Assembly: GCA_051362555.1 (NCBI GenBank) | Contig: CM120643.1 | Coordinates: 24,122,848-24,186,847 of the forward strand | DNA: 64,000 nt | Direction of reading: 5' to 3' | Source: Lingula anatina | Lineage: Eukaryota > Animalia > Brachiopoda | In this document: one piece after another, positions 62,138-64,000 of the stretch | How the letters are laid out: the number at the start of each line of letters is the position of its first letter | How positions within the stretch are numbered: position 1 is the first letter of the stretch | Program-made: the position numbers and the translations under genes | The notes under the pieces: model-generated | What the model saw: only the letters and a program-made list of their open reading frames with translations | What the model was told of the DNA's origin: nothing | The model's database searches: none

Positions 62138-62687
62138 CTAGGCATGGGAACCCAGTCTAAGACATGTCGACCAAGCCTGATTCTTAAAAGTTGTTCTGTT
62201 TCGGCATTCCTTTGAGAGTGTACTAACACAATCTTTCACCGTCTGGTACGGTACTGCTACAGCAGAGGACAAGAATCGCCTCAGTCGTGTAGTTAAAACT
62301 GCCAGGCGCATGGTAGGTAGGGACTTGCCGTCAATTGAATGTTTGTATACGAGACGAGTGCTAAAGAAAGTGAAGTCAATCACGGGTGACCCTGGTCAAA
62401 CAGCGAATAGCCTACTTATGCATATGTCATCATCCGACTACGGTCATTAAAAGCAACCTCCACGCGCACTAAAATATATAGTTTTAATCCATCAGCAGTA
62501 CGTATTTTTAATGAACAAAATGTATTTTAATTACCGTCTGGTACGGTACTGCTCCATCAGCACTACGTATTTTTAATGAACAAAATGTATTTTAATTATT
62601 CCATTGTTTTACATTTTATCGACAGATCATACCAATTTTCATTTTATACTTGTATAAATATGACAATAAATTATTATTATTATTATT
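62138..62687 (+). mobile_element. 5'-truncated LINE fragment (Rex1/Babar- or L2-like RT C-terminus with 3' tail)
   Basis: From ~62211 it translates as FESVLTQSFTVWYGTATAEDKNRLSRVVKTARRMVGRDLPSIECLYTRRVLKKVKSITGDP, typical of the region after RT. It ends in AATAAA followed by (TTA)n at 62665-62687 and has a small internal re-duplication at 62533-62600. Confidence 0.75.
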
Positions 62688-64000
62688 CACCATTTTCAAG
62701 GTCCGAACCTATTGTAAAAGAGCTTGTGACAGTAACTGTCCATTTGTCAGAGTTTAGAAGAAAAAGGAGAGGAAAGTTAAGGGATCTTTCAGAATGAGTT
62801 ATGTCGATCCAGCTAATGGGTACTAACTCAAAGGGGACTCTTGCTGAATGCAATCAGATTAATCACACCTCCTCTTGGCGAGAGCCCCCGTGGAGTGCGT
62901 GCTCCGTAGTTAGTACGATAGATTCATTGTGGACGCTATGGTCTTCTTTGTTTTACAGCCCAATCAGTAAGCCTGCTCCTGTGTTTTATGCCTGTTTTAC
63001 TGGAGGCATCTTCTCTGATGTCCTGTTCTGGTCTGTTGTCGTATTCGTGTATCCAGGTGTGAATAGTATTATCCCACTAAGTCAATTGTTACTGTATTCG
63101 ATACCCAAGTGCACAGCTGACATAGAAAAAGTCCTTTAATTTGAAACTATTACATGTATTCTGTAGGGTAATTCACTAAATACATTTATTTAGAATAACT
63201 TTCTCAATCTTTGCATTTTCACTGGAGCTGTCCTTCCATTGGGTTCAATTAAACAGCACATGCCAAATTAGATGACAAAATAAAGATCGCATTAAGGAAA
63301 GTGCTTGTGAAAAGGAATCCGTTCGCACGATTATAGCATGATTAGAGGAACCCAGTTTTCTGGGAAAGCGACCTTTCCCTATACGTCCCACGATTTTATT
63401 GAATTTACATGTATTCCAAAACAAGCATCATCTGGTTCATCGTCCCACTTAGCTTTGTGCCGCTGGTAACATCTGTGTAACTCTGGCCACATATAGGAAA
63501 AGAAGTAGAGAAGTTAGAAGTTTTGTAGCCAGACTGACTACGCTGAATTTCAGTTAGGAAATAGCCAGAGAGAGAGAGAAGAAAAAGAAGAAGAAAAGAA
63601 GAAGAAGAAGAACTGGAGTCGAATTGCCTTAGGAAAGTTACAAACAAACAGAGAATGAAACAGACATGCGATAAAATTGTAGTAAATAACAAAAACGAAA
63701 AAAAAAGCTGGCTAATGTGTCTTGTTAGTACAGGTAAAAAAAACAAACGAACGAAGAAAACATCTACTGTACCTCACAGAAATCAATCGTTTAAATTAGC
63801 ACATATTGTATTGGTAAAATAAACAGAATCAATGTATCTTGTATTCAGACTGCAACACAATAGAAAGGCCATTATTCCAGGAAAGAATGGTGATATAACC
63901 AACTTAAAAGCAATCTGTTGTGATGTTTCTTACATCTCGCAACACTTTTCATTATCTTTTGTTTGACATAAAAATGGTGTGACACAAAAAAGGCGTTGAA

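Overview
This is AT-rich, intron-rich animal genomic DNA. An invertebrate, probably mollusc-like, source is inferred from the repeat types and patchy CpG depletion. Three spliced genes were reconstructed by hand from GT-AG sites and reading-frame phase: (1) a Neto-like CUB-CUB-LDLa-TM protein, + strand, 8 coding exons, 6172-31843, ~756 aa; (2) 5-oxoprolinase OPLAH, - strand, 34 exons, 55146-38325, ~1313 aa; (3) exosome subunit EXOSC4/Rrp41, + strand, 3 exons, 55497-57372, 248 aa, head-to-head with OPLAH across 350 bp. Non-coding DNA holds several MITE families, a 3-kb TIR element carrying a decayed Gypsy-type LTR element, a Helentron-like element with a 146-bp satellite, and a Rex/Babar-like LINE end. 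The most unusual signal is local duplication of splice junctions. An OPLAH exon/intron junction is amplified into an 18-unit 32-bp minisatellite with 14 intact GT donors, a second OPLAH exon end plus donor is duplicated, and a decayed copy of part of Neto exon 2 sits beside the real exon. Coordinates were counted by eye and may be off by a few bases. No database search was run.
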